From NCBI GenBank assembly GCA_037137395.1, contig JBAXKK010000033.1:1-24960 (forward strand): 24,960 nucleotides of DNA, read 5' to 3'. Origin of the DNA: Elusimicrobiota bacterium. Lineage in GTDB: Bacteria > Elusimicrobiota > Elusimicrobia > Elusimicrobiales > UBA9959. The notes beneath the pieces are model-generated. The model had not been told where the DNA came from, made no database searches, and saw nothing but the letters and a program-made list of their open reading frames with translations. Below are positions 16,879-24,960 of this stretch, in pieces. The position numbers and the translations under genes were made by a program. Within the stretch, counting starts at the first letter, position 1; every line of letters starts with the position of its first letter.

Positions 16879-18438
16879 ATGCATCACCTGCTTGAAAAAA
16901 AACATACGGGACTTCTCCTTCCGCTTTTCTCCATGCGCTCAAAAAAAGACTGGGGGATAGGCGATATCTCCGGCATGGCGAAATGGATAGACGCCGCGGC
17001 CGCGCTGAACCTGGACCTTATACAACTCCTGCCGGTTAATGAAATGCCGCCCGGAGCGGAATGCCCCTACACCGCCCTCAGCGCTTTCGCCATAGACCCC
17101 ATTTTCATCGCCATAGACGATATCCCGGAACTCTCCGAATGCCCCGAATTAAAAAAAGAGCTGGCCGCGAAAAGGTTTCAGACGGTGCTGCGCCATCTAC
17201 GCCGCTCCACCATCGTGCATTATAACGATATTAAAGGGCTGAAATTTAAAATTCTCTGGAAGATATATTGCGCCTTCCATGAGAACCATATCCTTAAAGA
17301 CACTGCCGCCGCGAAAGATTTTTTTGCTTTCACCGGGAAGAACGCTTTCTGGCTGAACGACTACGCGCTTTTTCGCAGACTTAAAGACACTCACACCTGG
17401 ACATCGTGGACTCACTGGGAGGAATCTCTCAGGCGCCATGACAGCGCGGCTTTAAAAGAGTTTGAGGCCGCCAACGAAAACCAGGTGATGTTCTTCAGAT
17501 ACCTGCAGTGGGTGATAGACCGCCAGTGGCGCGCGGCCCGAGAGCATGCCGCGGCCAAGGGCATTCTTCTGATAGGCGATCTGCCGTTCATGGTTAACCA
17601 GGAAAGCGCTGATGTATGGGCGCGCCAGAACGAATTTGACATCCAAAAGGAGGTCGGAGCCCCGCCCGACGCCTTCAGCGAAACTGGCCAGAAATGGGGC
17701 CTGCCCGCCTACCGCTGGGACGAGGTAGAAAAAAATAATTTTGAATGGTGGCGCTTGAAAGTCAAAAAATCGGCCGATTTCTACGACCTCTTCCGGATAG
17801 ATCATATGGTGGGATTTTTTCGCACCTGGATCATCCCGCACGACGTGAATCTAAAATCGCATTTTGACATAACGGACCCGGCCGCCCAGCGCGCGCGTGG
17901 AGCACGTTTTCTTCAGGCCGTTCTCGGGGCCAGCCGGATGCTGCCCGTGGCTGAAGACCTTGGCCTTATCCCCCCTTTCGTATATGAAGTCCTGGCTGAA
18001 ATGGAGATTCCAGGTTACAAGGTAATGCGCTGGGAAAAAGATAAGGCCGGCCAATATGCGGAGCCAGAGAACTACCCGCGCGTCGGTTTCGCAACCTCCT
18101 CCACCCACGATAATGAACCCGTAGCCGACTGGTGGGACACAGTGGACCTGGTAGAGAAAAAACTTTTCTGGGCGATGGTTTCCGGCAGGAATGAAAAACC
18201 GCCACTCTTCTCTAAGGCCAGGGAAGCGGTTATCAGGAAACTGCTTAAGGCGGCCTCAAGCCTGCTTATCCTGCCCATACAGGACATCTTCGGCTCAAAG
18301 GACCGCATCAACACGCCCAACACCATGGGCGTGCATAACTGGACCTACAAATTCCCCACACCGGTAGAGTACCTCTTCAAAAAACACAAAGTGCTCCTTG
18401 ACAACTTCGCCGCAATGGTTAAAGAGGAAAGATTATGA
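16879..18438 (+). CDS. malQ: 4-alpha-glucanotransferase (amylomaltase, GH77)
   Basis: GIGD, QLLP, PY..LS.FA, GDLPF, GAPPDAFSETGQKWGLP.Y, RIDH..GF, AEDLG, STHD and RINTP motifs. Confidence 0.95.
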   Translation: MHHLLEKKHTGLLLPLFSMRSKKDWGIGDISGMAKWIDAAAALNLDLIQLLPVNEMPPGAECPYTALSAFAIDPIFIAIDDIPELSECPELKKELAAKRFQTVLRHLRRSTIVHYNDIKGLKFKILWKIYCAFHENHILKDTAAAKDFFAFTGKNAFWLNDYALFRRLKDTHTWTSWTHWEESLRRHDSAALKEFEAANENQVMFFRYLQWVIDRQWRAAREHAAAKGILLIGDLPFMVNQESADVWARQNEFDIQKEVGAPPDAFSETGQKWGLPAYRWDEVEKNNFEWWRLKVKKSADFYDLFRIDHMVGFFRTWIIPHDVNLKSHFDITDPAAQRARGARFLQAVLGASRMLPVAEDLGLIPPFVYEVLAEMEIPGYKVMRWEKDKAGQYAEPENYPRVGFATSSTHDNEPVADWWDTVDLVEKKLFWAMVSGRNEKPPLFSKAREAVIRKLLKAASSLLILPIQDIFGSKDRINTPNTMGVHNWTYKFPTPVEYLFKKHKVLLDNFAAMVKEERL

Positions 18439-19379
18439 ACCAGGTTACAGGTCACAGGTCACAGGTCACAGGTCACGAACCGCCAGCCATAAATTGCAGG
18501 GGGCCCATAACCGGAATTCCGGAGCTATTCGCTATTCGCTTTTCACTGTTTCGCTGCTTCGCCATTTCGCTGTTCGCTATTTCACTGTCCTCCTGCTCCC
18601 TCAACCGGCTTGCGGTAAAGTCGACCGCCTCGGTCATTGATAAGGGCTTGCCGGCCATCTACAGAGAAAAAGACCCTCAATTCGCCAGAGAAGCCCTGCC
18701 TGCCAACCTAAAATTGATGGAAGTGCTTCTGGAAAGCGACCCTGGTAATCAGGCCCTACTGCTGGACGCGGCAATGGGGTTCTGCGGCTACAGCTTTATG
18801 TTTATAGAGGACGAGAACGAGGCGCGGGCATCCGGCCTTTACCAGAAAGGCGGCGGCTACGCCCTGCGGGCGCTGGCGCTTAAAGGCGCCGTCAAAGACG
18901 GCTCAGCGGACCCGCGCGCGCTGGACAAAAACACGGCGGCGGCCGCCTTCTGGCACACTTTCTGCCGCGCCGCGTATGTGAACCTCAACCGCGACGACCC
19001 GGACGCCGTAGCCGAGCTCCCAAAGATAATGCCGGTGGCCGAAAGAGTGGCCGAACTTACCCCGGCCTACTACTACAACGGCTCTTACGCCATGCTCGGA
19101 ACATATTACGCTCTGAGACCTAAGATATTGGGAGGCGATCCGGAGAAAGCCAAACTAAATTTTGATAAGGCGATGCAGGGCGGCGGTGCCGGTTTTTTGC
19201 TGAACGGCTACATGGCCGCCAGGATGTACGCCGTGGCCGCGCAGGATGAGGATTATTTTGTGAAGGTTCTGAACGCTATTCTCTCCGCCGAACTCAAAGA
19301 CGACGAAGCGCGGCTCCCTAACGAAGTGGCGAAGATCAAAGCAAAAAAACTTCTGGAGAAAAAAAATGAGCTCTTTTAA
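18435..19379 (+). CDS. tatT: TRAP transporter TatT component family lipoprotein
   Basis: LSSC lipobox; DP.FA..ALP..LK..E.LL, Y...F and LGGDPEKAK..F..A motifs; immediately upstream of dctP; ATGA overlap with malQ. Confidence 0.82.
   Translation: MNQVTGHRSQVTGHEPPAINCRGPITGIPELFAIRFSLFRCFAISLFAISLSSCSLNRLAVKSTASVIDKGLPAIYREKDPQFAREALPANLKLMEVLLESDPGNQALLLDAAMGFCGYSFMFIEDENEARASGLYQKGGGYALRALALKGAVKDGSADPRALDKNTAAAAFWHTFCRAAYVNLNRDDPDAVAELPKIMPVAERVAELTPAYYYNGSYAMLGTYYALRPKILGGDPEKAKLNFDKAMQGGGAGFLLNGYMAARMYAVAAQDEDYFVKVLNAILSAELKDDEARLPNEVAKIKAKKLLEKKNELF
18441..18475 (+). repeat. Heptamer array (CAGGTCA)x5 inside the tatT 5' end
   Basis: caggtta caggtca caggtca caggtca caggtca. Confidence 0.92.
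18524..18590 (+). repeat. Mixed 7/8-mer array (GCTATTC-like)x9 encoding the TatT signal-peptide hydrophobic region
   Basis: gctattc gctattc gcttttc actgtttc gctgcttc gccatttc gctgttc gctatttc actgtcc. Confidence 0.8.
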
Positions 19380-20394
19380 CCGCCGGTGGCTATCAAAAAC
19401 TTCGACAATACTGATTGCCGGTTACTGGTTGCTGTTTACTATCCAGCCGCTTCAGGCTCAGACTGTGGTAAAGTTCGCCACGCTGGCGCCGGAAGGCACC
19501 GCCTGGATGAAAACGATGCGTCAGTTCAGCGACGAGGTCTCCGTTAAGACCGATGGCCGCGTAAAGTTCAAAATCTACGCCGGCGGAGTTTCCGGCGACG
19601 AGAAAGATGTTGCCAGGAAGATCCGTCTGGGCCAACTGCAGGCGGCTGGCTTCACAGGTGTGGGCCTGGGCGAAATAGCCCCGGAAACCCGCGTTCTCGA
19701 TACGCCGTTCCTTTTCAAAAACACGGCTGAGCTCGACAACATCTATAAAATGATGGACGCGGACTTCCGCAAGATATTTGAGTCAAAGGGCTACATACTG
19801 CTCGGCTGGACCGAGGTCGGCAATGTCTACATCTTCTCCAACACCCCGGTAACGAATCCGGCGGATCTGCAGAAAGTAAAAATGTGGATCTGGGAAGGCG
19901 ACCCCATAGCCGAAGCCACTTTCTCCGCCATGAAGATAAAACCCATTCCACTCTCCATTACGGATGTTATGACTTCGCTTCAGACCGGAATGATAAACGC
20001 CGTCTACTGCGCGCCGGCGACCGTTATACCGCTGCAGTGGTACACAAAGATGAAGTACGCCATGTCCACTCCCATCGCCACCGCTTCGGGCGCCGTGGTA
20101 ATCTCCAGAAAAGTATTTGAGCTGCTCTCCAAAAACGATCAGAAAAACATGCTTGAAGCGGGCGCCAGACATTTCAAGGCCCTGACTTCGACCAGCCGCA
20201 GGGACAACGAGAAGTCGATAGCCACCCTTAAAAAGGAAAATGTTATTTTCAGCGAGCCCGCCGGCCCGGAAACGCTGGCCATCTTTGAAAAGATGGGAGA
20301 AGAAGCCCGGAGATCCCTGGTGGGTAAACTTTATTCCAGCCAGCTCCTGGAAAAGATAGCGGGCGCTCTAAAGCAGTTCCGGATGAAAAAATAA
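19366..20394 (+). CDS. dctP: TRAP transporter substrate-binding protein DctP (TatP type)
   Basis: Signal peptide; KFATLAPEGTAW, TDGRVKFKIYAGGVSGDE, GQL, PFLF and SLQTGMI motifs. Confidence 0.92.
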   Translation: MSSFNRRWLSKTSTILIAGYWLLFTIQPLQAQTVVKFATLAPEGTAWMKTMRQFSDEVSVKTDGRVKFKIYAGGVSGDEKDVARKIRLGQLQAAGFTGVGLGEIAPETRVLDTPFLFKNTAELDNIYKMMDADFRKIFESKGYILLGWTEVGNVYIFSNTPVTNPADLQKVKMWIWEGDPIAEATFSAMKIKPIPLSITDVMTSLQTGMINAVYCAPATVIPLQWYTKMKYAMSTPIATASGAVVISRKVFELLSKNDQKNMLEAGARHFKALTSTSRRDNEKSIATLKKENVIFSEPAGPETLAIFEKMGEEARRSLVGKLYSSQLLEKIAGALKQFRMKK

Positions 20395-20416
20395 AGATTT
20401 GTTTGCAATTAAATCT

Positions 20417-20451
20417 GCCTATGGCATACGGCCTATGGCTTCTGGCAAGCA
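20417..20451. repeat. Heptamer array (GCCTATG-like)x5 between dctP and dctQ
   Basis: gcctatg gcatacg gcctatg gcttctg gcaagca. Confidence 0.75.
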
Positions 20452-20470
20452 GACAGTTTCACAATAAACC

Positions 20471-20977
20471 ATGAAATATTTTTTTAAAATTGAAGATTAT
20501 CTCGTCAGGGGCGAAAAGGCGCTGGTAGTCTCTTTTATCGGCCTGATGATTATATTTTCCTTCCTGCAACTGACGCTTCGCCTCGTATTCCATTCCGGCA
20601 TAGTCTGGCTGGACCCCGCGCTCAGGCACATGGTGCTCTGGACCGGGCTGACAGGCGCGGTCCTGGCCGCGCGATACGCCAGACATTTCGCCATGGACGC
20701 GCTGGTGAAATTCCTTCCGGAGCGTCTCCACCGACCGCTTAAAATTTTTACGGATGTCTTCACTATCGTAGTAGCCTGCGCGCTTTTTGGCGCGGCCCGG
20801 AAATTCATCCGCGACGAATTCGAGTCCGGCTCGGTGGCTTTTTACATAGGGAATATGGGAGTGCAGGGCGGCTGGGCCGGCATGATACTCCCGGCCGTCT
20901 TTCTGCTGATAGCCTTTCACACATTCATCAATATGTTCAGGCAGGAGAAAACAGACGCCATAAGCTCTCAGCCGTAA
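20471..20977 (+). CDS. dctQ: TRAP transporter small permease DctQ
   Basis: 168 aa with four hydrophobic segments; Q..LR, W.D...R..VLW....GA.LA....RHF.MD; located between dctP and dctM. Confidence 0.9.
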   Translation: MKYFFKIEDYLVRGEKALVVSFIGLMIIFSFLQLTLRLVFHSGIVWLDPALRHMVLWTGLTGAVLAARYARHFAMDALVKFLPERLHRPLKIFTDVFTIVVACALFGAARKFIRDEFESGSVAFYIGNMGVQGGWAGMILPAVFLLIAFHTFINMFRQEKTDAISSQP

Positions 20978-21204
20978 GCATAATAACAGTTGCCGTAAGA
21001 ATGATAACGGTTGCCGTATGCCATAGGCCATTAGCCATACGCAGAAAAAGACTGCCGTTTGCTATTAGCCGTACGCTATATGCTTTAAAGGAGTTCCCTG
21101 ATTTTTCCGCGAATGGCCAATGGCGGATAGCAAATGGCATTTCACTCTGCGTATGGCCTAAAGCTTACGGCCTGTGGCTTGCGACCTGTGGCTGATAGCA
21201 ATAG
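20957..21204. repeat. Composite heptamer arrays forming a long imperfect inverted repeat between dctQ and dctM
   Basis: Left arm has GCCATAN/GCYRTNN units and right arm has GCNWATG units; GCCATACGCAGA (21034-21045) is the exact reverse complement of 21146-21157; a near-duplicated 21-mer lies at 20971/20992. Confidence 0.85.
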
Positions 21205-21219
21205 TTGTATCTGACAATT

Positions 21220-22476
21220 ATGGGCATACTGATAGCATTTATAATTCTAGGCTTGGCTTTCCTTGGAGCGCCCGTTTTTTCGCTCATCGGCGGGGGCGCG
21301 CTTTATCTCTTCTGGGCGGCCGGCATAGACTCCTCAGCCGTTATAGTTGAGATGCTGCGCCTGGCGAGCCTGCCGGCTTTGATCGCTATACCTCTTTTCA
21401 CTTTCGCCGGCTATGTGCTGGCCGAGAGCCGCTCCCCCGGACGCATGCTCAGGCTAGGCGCGGCCCTCTTCGGCTTTCTGCCCGGCGGATTGGCAATCGC
21501 CGCTCTTTGCGCCACCGCCATCTTCACAGCCTTCACTGGCGCCTCGGGCGTGACCATTATCGCGCTGGGCGGCCTGCTCTACCCGATGCTGACCAAACAG
21601 GGTTATCCGGATAAGTTCACGCTGGGATTGATTACCACCACCGGCAGTCTGGGATTATTATTCCCCCCCAGCCTGCCGATAATACTTTACGGGCTCATCG
21701 CCAAGATAAGCATAGATTCCCTTTTCAAGGCGGGGCTCCTGCCGGGCCTATTCCTGCTGGCGGTGCTGTCGGTATACGCGCTGATTGTGGCCAAAAGGGC
21801 CGGGATAAAAAAGCAGCCTTTCTCCTGGCTGGAATTAAAAACCGCCGTAAGAGAAAATGCCTGGGAGATACCTCTCCCATTCCTCATCATCGGCGGCATC
21901 TACCGCGGCTTCTTTACCGCCAGCGAAGCCGCCTCGATCATGGCCTTCTATGTGTTAATTACTGAAGTTTTTATTCACCGGGAATTGAGCCTGCTGCGGG
22001 ACATACCGAAGATAGCGGTAAAAAGCATGATGCTGGTGGGGGCAATTTTTGTAGTTCTGGGCACGGCTCTTGGCTTCACAAACTACATGATTGACGCCCA
22101 GATACCGGACCAGATCTTCGCCTGGCTGCACTCTTTCGTGGCCAGCAAGGTGCTCTTTCTGCTCCTGCTGAACGCTTTCCTGCTGGTCATAAACATGGTG
22201 GAAATCTTCTCGGCCATTATTATAGTGGTTCCGATCATAGCACCCATTGCCATGAATTACGGCATAGACCCGATACACCTGGGCATCATCTTCCTGCTTA
22301 ACCTTGAGATTGGATACATGACGCCGCCGCTGGGCTTGAACCTGTTCCTCTCAAGTTCCAGATTCGACAAAAAACTCCCGGAGCTCTACTCCGCGACGCT
22401 CAGCTTCTGGTTCATCCTGCTGGGTGTGCTGGCGCTGGTCACCTACTTCCCCCAGCTATTCTTTATAAAACCATAG
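21220..22476 (+). CDS. dctM: TRAP transporter large permease DctM
   Basis: LIAIPLFTFAG, GASGVTIIALG, GSLGLLFPPS, TASEA, GIDPIHLG and IGYMTPPLGLNLF motifs; ATG 21220 preferred over TTG 21205. Confidence 0.93.
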   Translation: MGILIAFIILGLAFLGAPVFSLIGGGALYLFWAAGIDSSAVIVEMLRLASLPALIAIPLFTFAGYVLAESRSPGRMLRLGAALFGFLPGGLAIAALCATAIFTAFTGASGVTIIALGGLLYPMLTKQGYPDKFTLGLITTTGSLGLLFPPSLPIILYGLIAKISIDSLFKAGLLPGLFLLAVLSVYALIVAKRAGIKKQPFSWLELKTAVRENAWEIPLPFLIIGGIYRGFFTASEAASIMAFYVLITEVFIHRELSLLRDIPKIAVKSMMLVGAIFVVLGTALGFTNYMIDAQIPDQIFAWLHSFVASKVLFLLLLNAFLLVINMVEIFSAIIIVVPIIAPIAMNYGIDPIHLGIIFLLNLEIGYMTPPLGLNLFLSSSRFDKKLPELYSATLSFWFILLGVLALVTYFPQLFFIKP

Positions 22477-22480
22477 CAGG

Positions 22481-22511
22481 TGCCAGGCTGCTTTTTAAAA
22501 GTAGCCCGGCA
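22481..22511. terminator. Stem-loop between convergent dctM and ppk1 (possible terminator)
   Basis: TGCCAGGCTGCTTT-tta-AAAGTAGCCCGGCA imperfect 14-bp stem; no strong U-tract. Confidence 0.5.
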
Positions 22512-22527
22512 TTATAAACTGCGATTT

Positions 22528-24603
22528 TTATTGTTTGCGGACGGGTAACCGGTATTCAAGAAGGGTCCCTTTGTAAGAGCGGGCCGCCAAAGCAACAAAA
22601 AGGAACTGCGAGCGCACAGGCTTTTTGCCCGGCGCCGGTCTTATCAGTGAATATGAGCCGTCAGGTTGCAGCTGCCTGGCCTTCACGTTGTCCGCAAGGC
22701 CCCCCTCCAGTATGACTTTCCTGATGTAGCTCTTGAGCACGGCATCTTTCACGGGGAAAGCTATCTCAAAGCGATTGTAAAAATTGCGCGGCATCCAGTC
22801 GGCGCTGGCAAGATAAAGCCGGTCCGCTCCGCCCGCTCTGAAATAGTATATGCGGCTGTGTTCAAGGAAGCGGTCCACGACGCTTATCACCCTTATATTT
22901 TCGCTCAACCCTTTTATTCCTGGCTTAAGGCAGCATATTCCGCGCACCATCAGTTCAACCTTGACGCCGGATCTGGAGGCCTCGTAGAGGGCGCTGATAA
23001 TGCCGGGATCCACGAGGGAATTCATCTTCGCCATTATCAGCCCTCCGCCGTCCCGCTGGTGGGCGATCCTTTCGGCGCGTATCATGCGCATAACGCCGTT
23101 CCGCAGATTTACCGGGGCCACCAGAAGGTCCCTGAAGCGTGGGAGCGGGCGGCCGGTGGCCAGGGAATTGAAATAACCGTAAACCTCGCCCCCTATTTCC
23201 TTGTCGCAGGTCAAAAGCCCGATATCCGTGTATTGCCGGGCTGTACCGTAATGATAATTGCCGGTGCCAAGATGTGTGTAAGTTCTATTTTCCTGTTTCT
23301 CGCGTCGTATGACCTGTGTCACCTTGCTGTGAACTTTTATGCCTTTGAACGGGGGAATAACCTTGACCCCCGCGGCACGGAGTTCTTTCATCCAGCGAAG
23401 GTTGTTCATCTCGTCGAAGCGCGCCTTAACCTCTACGTAAACCGTGACTTTTTTACCGTTGGCGGCGGCTTCCTTCAGCGCCTCCATAACCGGCGAGCGT
23501 TGGCCGGCGCGGTAAGCCACATGGTATATTTCACTTACGCAAGGGTCGCAGGCCGCCTCTTTAAGAAAACTCACCACTATATCGAACGAATCGTAGGGAT
23601 GATGGAGCATTACGTCACGCCCGCTTATCATGCGCATTATGCGTCCGGCCTTTCTGAAGGGCGCCGGCACCGCTGGCACAACGGGAGGATACTTGAGATG
23701 TTCAAAACCCTCAAGGGCGTAAACCGCGAACAGCGCCCTGAGATCAAGCGGCATGTCAAAACGGTAAAGTGAAGCTGAATCGAGCCGCAGCGCAGAGGCC
23801 AGGAACATGGCGCCCTCGGAATAATACGGAGCATCCACCTCAAGGCGCACCACCCTGGAACGCAGCTTATTTCGCGATTTATACTCGATATACTCCTCGA
23901 TAGGATCCTCGTCGTCCGCGCTGTACCGCAGATCGTGTTCCCGTATTATCTTGAACGGAAAAGCCTCAATAACCTCCCTGTCCCTGAAAAGCTCATGCAC
24001 CTTTGAACAGATCCAGCGTTCCGCCAGCGCAAAAACGGCTTCCCCCTTAGGCGACGCCAGTCTGAGAAGGCGCAGTTCGCGCTCCTCAACGGTTATCACG
24101 GCGTATTCTCCGGGGAAGCGCACGAATATATGTATCCGGTCACCCTGCAGCTCCGGGAGCATCTCGGAAGATTTTTTTATTACGGGTTTGAGTGTTTTTA
24201 ATTTTTCACGTATCTCAGCGCCGAATGTAGCATGTATGCCGTCAAACCTGGTATAAATAGTTATGCCGGAGCGTCTGAGTTCGTTAATAATATCTTCCAG
24301 CAGGGAGGCCTGGCGGCTTTTCTGCCGCAGGACCTCTTCGCGTATCTGGACGATAGCCTGCGCGGCGCTCAATCCGTCCGGGAAACGCCGGGAGGGATCG
24401 CGCCGGGCCATACGCGCTGTTTCGGCAACACGCACCATGAAGAACTCGTTAAGGTTGGAGCTTACTATCGCAGCAAAGCGAAGGCGTTCAAGGATGGGAA
24501 CTCCGCGACTGGCGGCCTCGCCCAGAACCCTGTCATTAAAGCTCAGCCAGCTCAGATCTCTGTTGAAATACTGGCGTCGGGAAGAGGTGGGGCGCGGTGT
24601 CAT
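22528..24603 (-). CDS. ppk1: Polyphosphate kinase 1
   Basis: NRDLSWLSFN.RVL, SNL.EFFMVRVA, HHPYDSF, KARFDE, KVHSK, HLGTGNY, KMNSL, VRGICC, RFLEHSR and SADWM.RN motifs. Confidence 0.96.
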   Translation of the reverse strand: MTPRPTSSRRQYFNRDLSWLSFNDRVLGEAASRGVPILERLRFAAIVSSNLNEFFMVRVAETARMARRDPSRRFPDGLSAAQAIVQIREEVLRQKSRQASLLEDIINELRRSGITIYTRFDGIHATFGAEIREKLKTLKPVIKKSSEMLPELQGDRIHIFVRFPGEYAVITVEERELRLLRLASPKGEAVFALAERWICSKVHELFRDREVIEAFPFKIIREHDLRYSADDEDPIEEYIEYKSRNKLRSRVVRLEVDAPYYSEGAMFLASALRLDSASLYRFDMPLDLRALFAVYALEGFEHLKYPPVVPAVPAPFRKAGRIMRMISGRDVMLHHPYDSFDIVVSFLKEAACDPCVSEIYHVAYRAGQRSPVMEALKEAAANGKKVTVYVEVKARFDEMNNLRWMKELRAAGVKVIPPFKGIKVHSKVTQVIRREKQENRTYTHLGTGNYHYGTARQYTDIGLLTCDKEIGGEVYGYFNSLATGRPLPRFRDLLVAPVNLRNGVMRMIRAERIAHQRDGGGLIMAKMNSLVDPGIISALYEASRSGVKVELMVRGICCLKPGIKGLSENIRVISVVDRFLEHSRIYYFRAGGADRLYLASADWMPRNFYNRFEIAFPVKDAVLKSYIRKVILEGGLADNVKARQLQPDGSYSLIRPAPGKKPVRSQFLFVALAARSYKGTLLEYRLPVRKQ

Positions 24604-24639
24604 ATATTCTCGGTACAGGCAGTTAGCCTATACATCAAT

Positions 24640-24693
24640 ATTATAAACAACTCAGATTCAAAATATGTAAATGATATGTAAAGGCGGAGTAAA
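24640..24693 (-). promoter_or_regulatory. Candidate Pho-box-like activator site plus -10 element upstream of ppk1
   Basis: Minus strand TTTACT-N5-TTTACA-N5-TTTACA (24693-24666, exact 11-bp period), then TATAAT at 24645-24640 with no -35 at normal spacing. Confidence 0.5.
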
Positions 24694-24694
24694 A

Positions 24695-24960
24695 TCAGAA
24701 TGCCTTGATATTCTCTGTCTCCGGCGAGAGGCTTTTCATGAAACAACTGAGGACCCGGTGATACTTGTCCATCGGCTCCGGGTGCATGGGGAATTTTTTG
24801 CCAAGTTTTCCGTCGAACTCGAGCAGGCTGTCAATGCGATCCAGCTTCGTTCCAAGATCATTTTCCTTGCTCTTTAATTCATTCTCATATTCCCAGAAAT
24901 TAGACACGGAGTGGAACGAGCCTGTTTTAATGTGAAAAGCGCTGATATGATCGAGCGAGG
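24695..24960 (-). CDS. 3' end of a hypothetical protein entering from the right edge
   Basis: The frame of track ORF 24695..24907 stays open to the window edge (SLDHISAFHIKTGSFHSVSNFWEYENELK...ENIKAF*); no family recognised. Confidence 0.6.
   Translation of the reverse strand, partial: SLDHISAFHIKTGSFHSVSNFWEYENELKSKENDLGTKLDRIDSLLEFDGKLGKKFPMHPEPMDKYHRVLSCFMKSLSPETENIKAF

Noticed and set aside
20937..21195. Small ORFs 21001-21195 (+) and 20937-21140 (-) in the dctQ-dctM spacer
   Set aside because: They are translations of heptamer arrays (ANGQWRIANG, AYGLWL) with no RBS and are better explained as repeat DNA
22666..23772. 368-aa plus-strand ORF
   Set aside because: Entirely antisense to ppk1 with no motifs; long shadow frames are common at this GC content

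Overview
Bacterial chromosomal window, moderately GC-rich. The gene style suggests Elusimicrobiota, but that is inference only. From left to right: (1) Five co-oriented minus-strand genes (<1-7055) encode uncharacterised, Gly/Ser/Ala-rich, membrane-anchored proteins that share short motifs. The first gene is missing from the ORF track because it runs off the window. A near-consensus sigma70 promoter precedes the cluster. (2) A divergent B12-binding radical SAM gene faces a convergent cluster of class I methyltransferase, GT2 glycosyltransferase, TylF O-methyltransferase and SPASM/twitch radical SAM genes, probably for surface-glycan tailoring. (3) A murC-like / ThiF-MoeB / MoaD-like / flavodiiron fprA run. 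(4) A plus-strand operon: small Cys-rich protein, ridA, malQ and a complete TatT-DctPQM (TPAT-type TRAP) transporter. (5) ppk1, preceded by three 11-bp-periodic TTTAC[AT] boxes resembling a Pho box, and a partial ORF at the right edge. The main non-coding signal is a set of degenerate 7-/8-mer tandem arrays at many gene junctions between 13.5 and 21.2 kb. They supply stop codons, encode signal peptides and form mutually exclusive long inverted repeats around dctQ. No rRNA, tRNA, CRISPR array or transposase was recognised.
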